Positions 39,927 through 53,500 of a stretch of 64,000 bases of DNA are shown one piece after another. Both the position numbers and the translations under genes were made by a program. The notes under the pieces are model-generated. The model made no database searches. It was not told the origin of the DNA and worked only from the letters and a program-made list of their open reading frames with translations. Numbering within the stretch: the first letter of the stretch is position 1; each line of letters begins with the position of its first letter. Location: NCBI GenBank assembly GCA_023213395.1, contig CM041465.1:153147741-153211740 (forward strand), given 5' to 3'. This stretch comes from Cycas panzhihuaensis. Its lineage: Eukaryota; Plantae; Cycadophyta.

Positions 39927-42900
39927 TAGTCAAGAACACCAGTATCACACTAGGAAGATAGCGCCCCAAATTTAAAGTATTATTCTAAAATCTGTATAAA
40001 GTATAAATCACTTTCCATCCTTTTTCTTTTATACATCAACTACCTCTTATATTAGCCACTTTGTTTTATCTGTAACTTCTTTATATTAAGGTTGTAAGAA
40101 GATAATTAGGACTAATCCACCTTCTTGATAATGCTTGAAAAAGGATTAGTATTATGTGTAAGTGTAAGCTCATGTATTACTCTACTAATCCCCTCTAATG
40201 GCCCTATGGGCTCATAAAGAAGGAATTAGACACTAAGGGTCAACACTTCAAATCCACCCTTTAGAAATTCCTCCTTCACTATTATTATGTAACCCTTATT
40301 ATTTTATTTTGAGTAATTCAACCACACTTTTTTATTACTAATAGACTTAGTCTATTATATTAATAATAAAGAAATTTCGTATCTAACCCTTAATACATTT
40401 GTATATACATAGGCATAGACATATGTTGCTCATTAATGGTGTTACATAATGTGATACTACAAAATATAAAATATACTAAGGTGCACACCTTACACATAAT
40501 CAAGTATTTCATTAGGCTCTCATTTTATAATAAAAGGATAATCAAGATAATATCATTAATGAAACTTAGGAGGATCAAATGTACAATGAGATATATAATA
40601 CAATGAATAAAGAAATATATAAGATGTAATAACATGATATTATAAAATGTGGTTTAAGTTGGTTAAAATAGATTTCATCAGTGTATGAAAGAGACATTAT
40701 GGTTTTCTATAGTAAATTTACTAAAATTTAAATGCTTTGTATTAAGGCTTAAAAAACCATTTAGAGTAGTAATAGGTGGATGTTTCAAGTAACTTAGATA
40801 GCTTAGTGTTGCCTCAAACATATATATTATACTTAAGAAATTAAAGAGAAAGATGGAAATTTTAGCCACATTAAACACTAATACCTAAGCTCAATAACCC
40901 TCCAAGATCTATAATTTCTCCATAATAAGCAAGTTGGCTGCTCTTAAGAAACTTGCAAATGGACATTATGTTCCCAAGAATATAGCTTCCACTATTCTAC
41001 ATGCACACTTACAATCATTTCTTTAGCAAATTTAAGAAGGAATACAACAATGACATGAAAATAATAAAATGGAATAATTACTTGGGATTAATATTAATAA
41101 CCTTATATAGTAACTAGAATTGATGGCTTCACACATTTTCCTTGCCAATATAGAACCTATAATTTAATTAAATTGATTTAAAGCAATATGAACTATAATA
41201 TATTATATTATACTACATATTAATACCCTATTATATTAATGAGGAGTCTTTATGAGAAACATGAAAGCCTTGATGCATGTTATCCATATGAAAACTGCAT
41301 TAATATTCCATGGAAGATGCAAATTATCTTCTAATAAGATATAAGAGCATGTGTGAAGGATAAGTACACACTATTTATATAATTTTAGATAAGTAAGTGA
41401 TGTTCCTTGGGTTTCTTGGGGCATCACAATCCTAACTAGAAGCCTCTTGATTGAGATGATAATGAGATGCCTTTTATTTGATTTTGACTCACTTAAATCC
41501 TTTGATAATGCTTGAATGAAATAAATGATAACCTAATTCATAAGACTAAATTCACGTTCTTAAAAATCATAATAGTTGCTCTATAAGAATATGATTTCAA
41601 GCAAAGAAATAATAAAATGTGAGTAGAATAAAAATTATATGAGATAAAAAGAGTTGGTGGGTTTAAGAAAACAATGATGTCAAAGTCACGTTTTAGTGTT
41701 TTTCTCTCCTATGTAGGTTCATATAAAGTCATTCATATTTTTCTCTTTGACCACCTTTATTTATATATTGAGTAGGTTCCCCAACAAGTATCATAAAATC
41801 CAAATATACTAGTCCATAAAGAAAATTAAGGTGTTCTAAATTCACACTATTATGGCTATTGTTTATATACCTAAGACGATCATGTTGAAAAGGTATTTAA
41901 AATATATTTGCTTGAATGCAATTACTATTCATAAGTTCCATAGAAAAGAAGTATAGTTAAAAGTAAAATAATTATCCACCTAAGTTGGTGATGGAGGTGA
42001 AAAAAATCATAGAAAACTATAGAATTGAAGTGATACTAAATTGGATCTACTTCCATAAAGATAAATACAATTCTAGTAGAATTACTGCAAGTATGCATAT
42101 AATAAGAGTCTTAGTGGAGAAAATTTTGGAATGTTTATGATTGAAATTTTGGAAATTTTATTATTAAAACTATTAGAACTATTAGAATCATTATAGATGC
42201 ATGAAAAGTAGATAAATAAATAGACAAAATAGGGTCATAGTAACCACACAAAGAAATAAAGTAGATTTAAGGCAAAAAAACCCAACAGGCTTAGAAAAAA
42301 AAAAACTTTAAAGTTAGGTAATATTAATAATAATAAAAATACATCAAAGTGCATAATGTCCTCCACCTTATGTAAGGAAATAGATACGTAATATATATCC
42401 AGTATTCAAATAATAGAAAATAAATACATTTTCTAATTATCTTATACTAATATATTAAAATAAGATTTTATAATTTAATAAAAACTTTATATTAAAGATT
42501 ATTTAACTGAATTCAATAAGACAATATTACATAGTATATCAATATTTTAATATTATAACATTCCCCTTTAGTATTGAATTAGGGAATGCAAGAGCTAAAG
42601 AAGATGTTACTATGTAGATCCCCCTTTAATGGAGGCTTCTTCATCTTTTAGGAGTTGTCGTAACTTCGTAAACTTGACTTCAATAAGAGATTTGGGCATG
42701 ATATCTATAACTTGTATATTTATAAAATAATACAAGAACTAAAGATTACCATAATTAACTAAGTTACAAACCAAATATTAATGAAGTTTAATGTGTTTAG
42801 TCCTACAATAATAAATAGGATTAGTAGCAATAGAAATAACACCCTAACTGTTAATACTAATTAATACATAATTATGAAGAAGAAATCTAATTTTATTAAA

Positions 42901-43484
42901 GATATATTTTATTCGTAAAGCTTCTTTACTAACTTCAGTTGAGGTGTGATATTCAGCCTCAATTGTAGAAAGAGCACATGATTGTATTTTCTTACTTATC
43001 TAAGTGATTAATATATAATTAAGAAAGAAAACATAACTTATGTTGGAATATGTATCCATATTGACTAATGTAAAGTGGGCCACCCTATTTATATGCCTAA
43101 TTATGTGAAGAATATTCTTGAGTGTAGTGAGCTGATGGATATAAATTTAAATTATATTTAGCACTTTAGATCTATAAATATAGATCAAAGTCTAACTTTG
43201 TAATATACCATTTTATCATAATGTGAATTATTATTCTTTGTGGGTTTTCACCTGTAAGGGTTTCCCACAGTAATCTGGTATCTTATGTGATCTGTTCCTG
43301 CTTGATATCTGCCTGATGTGAAAGATCTTATTGACCTTATTTGCTTCAGTTACATTTTCTAACATGGTATGAGATCATGTAGGTCGTGCGCAGGTAGATG
43401 ATCATTGCTGGGGGTCTGATCAATGGTGCTAGGTCATGCTGGCTTGCCCTTAGTGGATTGGCATACCTGATGGCCCTACAGAAT

Positions 43485-46400
43485 TATTATAGACCTCCTT
43501 AAGGACTAACTAAGTATTCATTAAATGAAAAGGTGCATAAGGAAGGGTTGTGAATTTTATGTGAAGAGGCTATTATACTCATATAAATATGGCTTTCATT
43601 GTATTATTAGACATCACTTAATTTTATTAATCAATTATATGGTCTTTTGACTATAAATCTCTTTCAAAGTTCTCTGGTGTGTTCAATATTTGGTCTCCTC
43701 CTCAAGTTATGAAAAAGGTCCATAACAAGTGGTATCAGAGATGACGTTCCCCCAACCTAATCACATTTGTCCATTTCATTAACTTTCTGAATAGTGTAAC
43801 CATATTCTACTTGGCTCAGGTATCAGTAGTATTTCCATTGCCTTTCTCTATAACTCGTCTGCCATTGTTGTACCATACCTATCTCATCGCCATAACAGAT
43901 GGAACCCTTATACATTGATATTGCATATTTAAATATAGTACGCATTGATATATTCTCATTCGTTGTTGATTTCTCATCTCGTCTAAATTCTCATCACTGT
44001 TGAATTCTCATTGCTATGTTGTTAGCGATATTCTCATCATTGTTTATTCGCGATATTCTTATTGTTGTGGTGTGGTATTCTTATCACTATATTCTCATTG
44101 CAGTGGCATTCTCATCGCTATGGCATTCTCATTCTTGTTTCTCTAGTCCATCCTGTCGCATATATTGTCCGCATCCTGTTTGACCTTCTATCATTCTCTG
44201 TTCTTTTCACTACGTATGTCCCAGATTATGTCTCACGTCCTATATACATTCAACCATTTGTAATCTCTTAACTTCTATGAACCCCACCATTTATGCCATC
44301 TATACTCTATCCTCCCATGTTCTTGGATGACGTCTACTACACCATCTGCATTATGTATGCTTCATCCTATTAGACTCCCTAAACATACACTACATTAGCT
44401 CTTGTATATTTCAAGAAAGCGGTCCATCCATGCATCATCATTTGTCCTTTCAAATCAAGCATTATATCTAAGTACCTTTAAGTCAAGTAACATTGTCGAG
44501 TTACGTTGGCTATCAAAAAATCGTCAAAAAGTTATATACACACACTTACATAGATATATTTACATATAAATACTTTTTGATATATACCAAAGCCCCCCTT
44601 AAAATCATATATATTAAAGTTTTGAAAATAATCCAAGTGATCCTTTTAATGGTGTCTGACAAATACTATGTGAATACATAAAGGACGTCGTCACAGAGAT
44701 TATATAATTAGTTACTGAAGTTGTAAACCTGCCATGAGTGTATACCATACACTAGTGGATACTATGAGAGCGCTTATAAATTTGACGGCATATGTTATAT
44801 CCAAGGTTTTATGCTCTCACAGTCAATACACAATTATATAAACACTACAAAATGGCACATCCTCCATTTCTTGTTCATCTACAAGATTTTGTATCGACAA
44901 TCTTTAGTTTCATCTTCGACGGTGGTGATATATAGGTTAAATATTATGCAAAGGGAGGAACTATAAGGTCCTAAGGCTTATTTTGTCCATATATTAAGCC
45001 TCACATATATGTATTCAATCAATTTAATATCCTTTGGATACTGAATAAATGATCGATTTTGTTGTTTATATATGAGTGTGACCTATTTAAAATACATCTG
45101 GTAGTATCAAGCAAGTTTGGGATATTAATTTGGGGTCAACTAAACACGATCAAAAAGTAGTGGAATCGTACTTATACAGTCGTTAAAACAATGAATATAG
45201 AAGATATGACAGATAATACCATCCAAAAGGATATCGTTGAACTGATCACTCAAGCAGTCCACAAAGCAGTCTAGACATCAAATGCTCTCTTAAATCATAT
45301 ATTACACCAAATCTTAGATAAATTGATAATCATAGCAACGAGCAGGAAGGAAGACATGATTATTCTAGATTCAGAGGATGAGGCAATGAGTCGACAGTCT
45401 GATTTCATAAATCAAACCATTAGAAAATATTCCAGTCTTTAGATATCTCCAATTAATATTGAGAATAAAGCTATCAGAAAATACCTTAATAAGTATCGCA
45501 ACCTGACCCCTGAAGAATAGAAGATAATGGGTTTTCAAGCGTACTTCAACTGCTTACAAAGTATTCAAATACAAAAGAAGAAAAAGTTAGAAAAAATTAC
45601 TATACAATGTTTCAGTATGGAGCAAAAATCACATGAGCTAAAAGTGTGGATCCAACAAATGGAAAACTACTTTCGCTTAGTGGAGATTGAGCCAGTAGAG
45701 CGAGTTCTATTAACCACCTTGCACATGGATGGAATAGCATGCGAATGGTGGCAGTGTCTCGAATGAACCTCTTTTTGAGATCAACTACCAACCTAAAAAG
45801 AATTCATGCATTTATTCATTTAGCAATTTAAAACCATATCTAATTGCGATTATTATTGTGAGTTATGAAAATTAAAGTAAACTAGTTCTGTAGAAGAATA
45901 CAGTACAACATTCACAAGGCTAAGCCATGTATTAGAAGATATTCTGACTAATCAACTTGTCTAGTTAGATATAGAAGGTCTGATAACAGAGATCCAAGCT
46001 AATGTTAAAATTTAAGAACTAAAGAAGTATCTTAATAAGGCAATACAATTAGCCAAAATACACAAAGATAAATATAATGCCTTATGCAAAACTAGTACAA
46101 ACCTTTATATATCTCCACCTGGTTGATATAATCCTTTACCAAGTGTTCAGCATAAACAATTATCAATCAATTTAAATTGACTTGCCAAACCAATCATTCT
46201 GAAAACAAAAATAGAAAAAGAAGAGTTAAGAAGAAGAAACCTATGCTTTAGATGTGAGGAGAAGTGGGAACTTGGACATAAATGTCAAAAGAACTAGTTA
46301 TATACAATTAGATTACTACCTGATGACAATATTGACAAAGAAGAACAAGGGTTATAAAATAATTAAGAAAATTATCATCATTTAGAACATTAAGAGAGCT

Positions 46401-47508
46401 ACTGTAATCTCGAGGTCAACCATCTACAAATGTCACTATCAATTATGAGCAATTTTAATCAATCAAATATATTAAAGTTACAGGGATCTATCAAAAATCA
46501 GGTTGTAACAGTCTTGATAGATTCAAGTAGCACACATAATTTTATTGATTGAAATTATGTGCAACAACTAAGGTTATTTCCATTAAGGACTTCTCGTCTC
46601 TAGGTAACTATTGGAGGAAGATAGGTAATCTCAAGCCAAGGTATAATGAAGAACCTTAACCTCATAATAAACAACGTCAGCATTATAGAAGATTTCTACG
46701 TCGTGGATGTCAGAGGTGTAGATATTGTGTTGGGCAGTCAATAGCTTAGTATACTTGGAACTTTTGAAATGAATATTGATGAACAATTTATGCGATTTAA
46801 GAAAGAAAGAAGAACTATCACGTTATCAGGAAAAAGATCAAACAAAATTAACGTCATACCACGCGAAAATTGGGGTGAAGAACTCGAGAAGCAACTGCAA
46901 GTATCCCAAAAACATAGTTGAGGTTTTTAACTAGAAGAATCTTCCAATAAATGCCTGTAACATCTGACTAATTGTCTAATAGACTCTACTACAACTAAAG
47001 ATAATATTCATTTAAAGGACTACAATTGTTCGATTATGTTTCGTAGGTGAAACATCTTAAGGGGGAGGATTTGTTATAGACCTCCTTAAGGACTAACTAA
47101 TTATTTATTAAATGAAAAGGTGCATAAGGAAGGGTTGTGACTTTTATGTGAAGAGGGCATTATACTTATATAAATATGGATTTCATTATATTCTTAGACA
47201 TCACTTAATTTTATCAATTAATTGTATGGTCTTTTAATTATAAATCTCTTTCAAAGTTCTCTGGTGTATTTAATATTTGGTCTCCTCTTGAAGTTATAAA
47301 AAAGATCTGTAACAAGTGGTATCAGAGTCAACATTCCTCCAACCTAACCATATTTGTCCATTTCATTAACTTTGTGAATAATGTGACTATATTCTACTTA
47401 GCTTAGGTGTCTGCAGTGTTTCCGTTGCCTTTCTCTATAACTCATCTACCATTGTTGTCATTATGCCTATATCATTGCCATAACAGACGAAACCCTTATG
47501 CATTGATA
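43485..47508 (+). mobile_element. Non-autonomous Gypsy derivative (gag+protease only, TR-GAG-like)
   Basis: 243-bp LTRs at 43485-43727 and 47072-47314. PBS at 43730-43740 and again at 47317-47327. PPT aagggggaggatt 47059-47071. Confidence 0.85.
45191..46920 (+). pseudogene. Gypsy gag plus aspartic protease, disrupted; no RT/RH/INT
   Basis: WIQQMENYF..LHMDGIACEWW, LRRRNLCFRCEEKWELGHKC, LKLQGSIKNQVVTVLIDSSSTHNFID, DFYVVDV.GVDIVLG.Q*L..LG. Confidence 0.88.
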
Positions 47509-50500
47509 CAGATGATCACTAGTGGATCCTAAGTGCCTTCTATACATTTTTTGTAGGTATTCTAAGCTATATGGAGGTGTGTGGATAAGTTTTTACTCTA
47601 TTGCAAACCATGTGAGTTTATTTGAGCTTGTTGAAGGTGTCAGATCCCTGTTTGATGATGTCACTAAGTTTAGATACCCTAGAGATGATTGTTAGCCCTC
47701 TGTTGCTAGTGGGAGAGTATAAAAACCCTAGTAGGCCAATTGTAGATTCGTGAAATGATAATATGGTATTAAATCAAAGGTATGCTCATTATTTTATAAT
47801 ATATTAATCACTCATATAATATTCTGGGGTTTGAATAACATATATATGACCCATAATTTTATTTGCATTGATGAATATATTTAATATTGCCAAATATTCA
47901 TCAATAGTCATAGCCATATATATGATACTCTACATTATTATATTACACCATATGATATATTTACATCACCCATGATATATGTTATATGTTTGTTGGATCA
48001 CTGTGTGATGATTAAGTTGTCTCTCTGCGTGGTGATATATCTATCAGTTGAGTATAAATATATCTATTATATGGCCTATGGAATGATCTATTTCTTTAGC
48101 CGTTTATATTAGGACACCTCTATTTTAAGCCTACATTGATTGCCAAACATTGTGTATTGTGTATATGATTGATAACTAACCAGTTATTAAGGATCATCCC
48201 TTAATATATTCACCCATATTTAAGTTCAACTGTGAATAATGTACTTGTGCCCTAACTATTACATAAATTTCAACTGCCCTTCATAATATATGAGTAGTCT
48301 GTATATTATTGGTGTTGCTAGCCATATATTTGCAATCGCCCAATTGAATATTTAGCCTATGTGAGTCATTAGCATGATGATTAAGATTACGTCACCATTG
48401 ATATTTGATTTAGCCATGACTATTCAGGTTTACATGTTAGTTTGCTTATCCATGATATTTATGATGTTTGAGCAACCATCTGATAAAATAAAGTTGTAAA
48501 TTTACATCTATTCATTGGTTAATATCTATAACTGCTACCAGTGATAATTATAGATCGCGTTGCCTATGTATTATATCACATGCGATAATATGTTGCAGTC
48601 ATCATTCTCATTATAGGTATATAATTACTAGAGATGTTATTTGACATGTATAACTGCCCATTCACATTATCCAATTTGCCCTTTGATATATTAAATTGAT
48701 CAATTAGTATAATGTATTTTTGGCATTTGATATAATTTATTCGATTTAGTACTTTATTGCACCACTGTTATTAATTTACCCTTTATTGATTTAATCATAT
48801 ATGGTCTCTCATGGTTGTTTCATATTATATAATTTATTTGGTATTTGATAATCTTTAAGTCACCTATACAAGATATATTAAGTTACATTGACTTAATATA
48901 AAGACAAGTTCGATATAGATGCCTTTTATAATCATTTGTTATTATGGTTAATTCATGTAGATGCTTTGCCATGTTTAAAGTGGTTTGATTCAATGGTGTT
49001 ATAAGACGTTAAGATGTGATGTTGTTCTATGAATACAAGTGTATAAAATAGTGTTATGGCGATGTAAATGGGTGTGATAAGACTCTCTAGAGTGTGATTT
49101 ACATAAGAGAGCTAATGAGGTGAATTTATACTCTCTAGCATATATTTTATATGGGGAAGTTTATGGGCAAAAATGGTGAAGATGGACGAGATGAGGCAAA
49201 GGTAGACTTGTTGCATGGAAAGTTAAGTGGGCGAGTAAAAGGACAAGTATGAGGGTGATGATGGGTAAGTGATAGGTAAAGAAGAGCAATAGATACCTTA
49301 ATTACAATTTAATATAAACTCTGTTATTGTTTGAGTGTGGCATAGATCATTACATAAAGTTCATGTTTATGTGGTTGATTAAATGAAATAAGTATGGTTT
49401 ATTTAGTTATATTCGAGTTCTATTACATCATATGTGTATGAGGTTATGAGGTTTAGAATTTGCTTATATGAATAGTTGCCAGTTGATGATGGACCTTTAT
49501 ACTTTACTAGTTGGACTGCTGATAGTATGAAGGTTTGTGGCCTAATTAATGTTGGTTCAACATGGGTGCATATCTTAACAAGTTTGATGTGGAACCGAGA
49601 TAGAGTGTCTGATAAATTTAAAGTGTGAATGGAAAGGTCTAAGACGAGATGCCTTAAAATTAGTGATGCCTTTGTCATGGTATGTATAATTGGCCTATAA
49701 GGTTACATTGCAGGTTAGTATCATGATACAGATGGTGAGGTTAGCATATGTTATGGTTTACCTCCCATGTTTTAATGGCAGAAACTATAGCAGACATGTA
49801 TGGGATCCCTTATTATGACTATTCATGGCATAATTTCCCCTCGTGTTTTGTGTTTAGACCAAGTTAGAAGCCTTCCATTTATTTCTTTTAGTTCATTAGA
49901 GTGCACACATCTTAGACAAAGATTACAGTAGTAGGATTACAAGGGTTTGAAGCCTATGGGTTGTTTTACTTACAAACACTGTGATTTGCAAGGGAAATGC
50001 ATTGTGATTAGTCTAGATATTCAATTGAAGAGTTTTTAACATATCATATTGATTGTCATTTAGTTATAGGTTTTATCCTTCATTGCTTTATTTTTCTAAG
50101 ATGTTGTTTAGTAAGTGTAGAGGTTTATTTGCCTAACATTATGCTTGAGACGAAAGCAGGACCTAGTGAGAGATTGATGATAAGGAGCTGCTAGATGATG
50201 AGACATAGATTGCAATCCCATATTCCATTGACAATTGAAGACTTGCAAGATGATGTAAGGTCATGGATCAACATGCAAGTCAAAGCTTGAGATAGATACC
50301 AAGATTCTAGTGAGTATAGAATCACAATGGAGAGCTATATTAAAGTAAAGAACCTGGTCAGTTTACAAGTTTGAAGACTTGTTACACATGTGATGTCTAG
50401 CTGGAAGAAGGATTAAGGTATGATGAGATATTTTCACCTATCTCTATATTTATTAATTCATTTGATCCTTAGTTTAGTAGCTTTAGATAGTTGGGTATCA

Positions 50501-53500
50501 TATTATATCATATCAGTGTTCCTTAGCGAAGACTTGAAGAGATAATTCACATGGCTCAAGTGTCTCAACCTCTTAGTTTAGATAAAGGAATATGGATGAG
50601 ATGAATTTATAAAGTTTTAGGTATAAAGAGAGCTATATAGTTGTAGGTTTATTAGAGTATATCCAAAGAATTGAGCACATATGAGGCATAACACCATTAC
50701 ATCCAAATTAGGTTGAAGGTTATCTAAGTTGAGATCGACTTGTGAACGTATTCACCAAGCTCAAACTAAAGATTTCTACATCAATGTTCATGCATATTAG
50801 GTTGGGTAAGGATAATCCTTACTGCCTCACATTTACATTAAGATGGGATGTTGGAATATGTGTCCATATCGACTACTATAAAGTGGGCACCCTATTTATA
50901 TACCTAATTATGTGGAGAATATTCTTGAGTGTAGTGAGCCAATGGATGTAAATTGTAATTATATTTGGCACTTTAAATTTATAAATATAGATCAAAGTCT
51001 AACTTTATAACATACCATTTTGTCATAATGTGAATTATTATTCTTTATGGGTTTTCACCTGTAAGGGTTTCCCATGACAATCTAGTGTCTTGTACAATCT
51101 GTTCCTGCTTAATATTTGCCTGATATGAAAGATCATGTGGATCTTGTTTGCGTCAGTTGCATTTTCTAATAACTAGTAGTGGATTTTCATTCATTATTAT
51201 CTCTAGTCTAATTAAAGTCTATAAAACTAGTTAGTTAAAGATTAAGGTTAGTATAATTATAATTGTAGCCATAGTAAATAGTATCTTATAAGTAGCATAA
51301 GATTCTCTTGGTTACTTTTTAATGTGAGTTATGTGATTTTTGTAAAAAACATGAATATAAAACAACTACATAAGATATATTAGGTCCCATATGAGTTAAG
51401 TAGATTAGACTCCTAATTAATTGCTAGTATAAAGTAATATCAACCAAAGGAGAAATATAATTAAGAATAAGTTTAGCTTCAGACTGAAGAGAAGTTCATG
51501 CTTACTTACAAGTTTCTATTTTAAATCTCTTAAGTAGATCTAAAATATATTTGGGTTGTGAGATAAAGATTCTTGATTCTATTTAGTAAACATAAAGTCC
51601 AAGGAATTAATAGAGTAGTCCTAAGTTAATCATTTCAAAATTTGGCATTAAGTTGGTTTTTTAAAGTTGAAATTATGGCAAGTAAAAATCCAGTAATTAT
51701 AATATCATCAACATATAAAATTAGAAAAATTATATTATTTCCTCATTTTTTGAAACGTAGAATATGATCACTAATACATTTACTAAAGCTATTATAGGAA
51801 AGATAATTGTCAATCTCTTTATATTAAACATTAAGGGCTTATTTCAGACCATCCAAGGATATTTTAAGTCTATATACTCTAAGTTAGGGTCTAGAGCAAG
51901 ACTAGGTGGTTAGATCATGTAGATTTTAAAAATTAAATCATCATTTAGAAAGGTATTTTTTACATCCATATGATATACTTCCCAACCAAACTTGGCTACT
52001 AAAGAGATAATGATTTAATAGTGTTCATTTTGGTGATAGTTGTAAAGGTTTTATTGTCATCAATCCTATCAACCTAGAAAAACCCCTTTATAACTAGCCT
52101 AACATTGTGTTTTTTAATGGCACCTTGAGAGTTATACTTAGTGTAGTAAATGTATTTACATCTAACTAGGTTCTTTCCATGAGGAAGAGTGACTAATCCC
52201 CATGTAAAATTTCTTATTAATGCATCATATACAATGTTCATTACTTCTTTGAATCTTTACAGATCAATTGATATATAATTTTGGCCATAAGAGAGAAGTT
52301 ACCCTGTAGCTATTTAGACCTAATTCTTTGGGTATTTGAAGGATCACAAATATCAAGACTAGTAAATATAAGGGTTTTATGTACCCATTTTGGTTGCTTG
52401 TAAGTTTCTAAACTTACACTAGTAAAAGAACCAAGATCATTAATGGAAACTATTTGAATTTATTTTTATAAATTATTTATTGCATCTTTAATAGAGATTT
52501 CTTTATTAGAGTTAGTCTTAGATTGTTGTTGAGTCCTATTAAAACTTAAAGAGTATTATTAAATAGTAAGGGAAGATGAGCATAGTCATTAATAGAATGT
52601 GAACTTAACCTTTTTCATCAAACATGACATCTCATTTGATGGAAACATTGTAAGTGATAGTATCCAAAAGTTTGTATCCCTTACTTTCTTCATGGTATCC
52701 AATGAAGATGAAACTATAACATTTAGGATCTGGTTTCTGTTTATTTTATTTCAGGACATGTCCTTAAGCAATACTTATAAAATCTTTTAAATATTTAATG
52801 GAAGGTCTCTTATTAGACTATTTCTCTTCAAGAGTGATTTTATCAATAGCTCTAGTGGGTAACTTATTAAATAGAGTTTGTATAGTAATTTTTTATTTAA
52901 TTATTTGAAATATAATATATATTGAGTTATTTTAACTTAGGTTGAAAAAATTTTTAGCGACACCATTTTGTTATGGTATGTAAGCAACTAAATATTAAAA
53001 TTTTATGTCATTCTTTTAGCTAAATTAAATAAATTAGTTATTTAAGCACTCCTTATCATTGTCCATTCTAAATATTTGTATTATATAGTTAGATCAATTT
53101 TCTACTAGTACTTTAAATTTAAGAAATTGATCAAATATTTCACTATGATAGTTAATAATTTAGATCCAACATTTTCTAAAAAAATCATTGATCAAAATAA
53201 TGAAATACTTATTTCCAAAGTAGGAAAGGTCTTCAAATCGTCTATATAAATCAAAGTGAATTTGTTGTAGGGGTTGTTTCCTTCTAAAGGTAAATTTATC
53301 AAGAAAAGATCCATGTGTTGCTTTCTTAGAATATAGGCTTCATAGACTCTACACATTATAGATTGTATAGGTAAGACATGGAGCATATTATGCTAATTAA
53401 GGATATATAATTGATAATAACTAATATGGCCAAAGAGTGTGTGACAAAGTTTGCTAATTAGGTTAGACAACTTATATAGGAAGAAAATGTGAATTTTCAC

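Larger units (their letters stand above)
43041..51171 (+). mobile_element. Highly degenerate Copia-type LTR element nested in the host RNase H
   Basis: ~323-bp LTRs at 43041-43364 and 50849-51171. Degenerate PBS tggtatgaga at 43365. PPT 50840-50848. Imperfect TSD actta/actag. Faint INT/RT/RH remnants at ~49300-50800. Confidence 0.85.

Noticed and set aside
39927-42179. Unclassified AT-rich stretch with faint TE-like pieces
   Set aside because: No termini, TSD or translatable motif could be supported.
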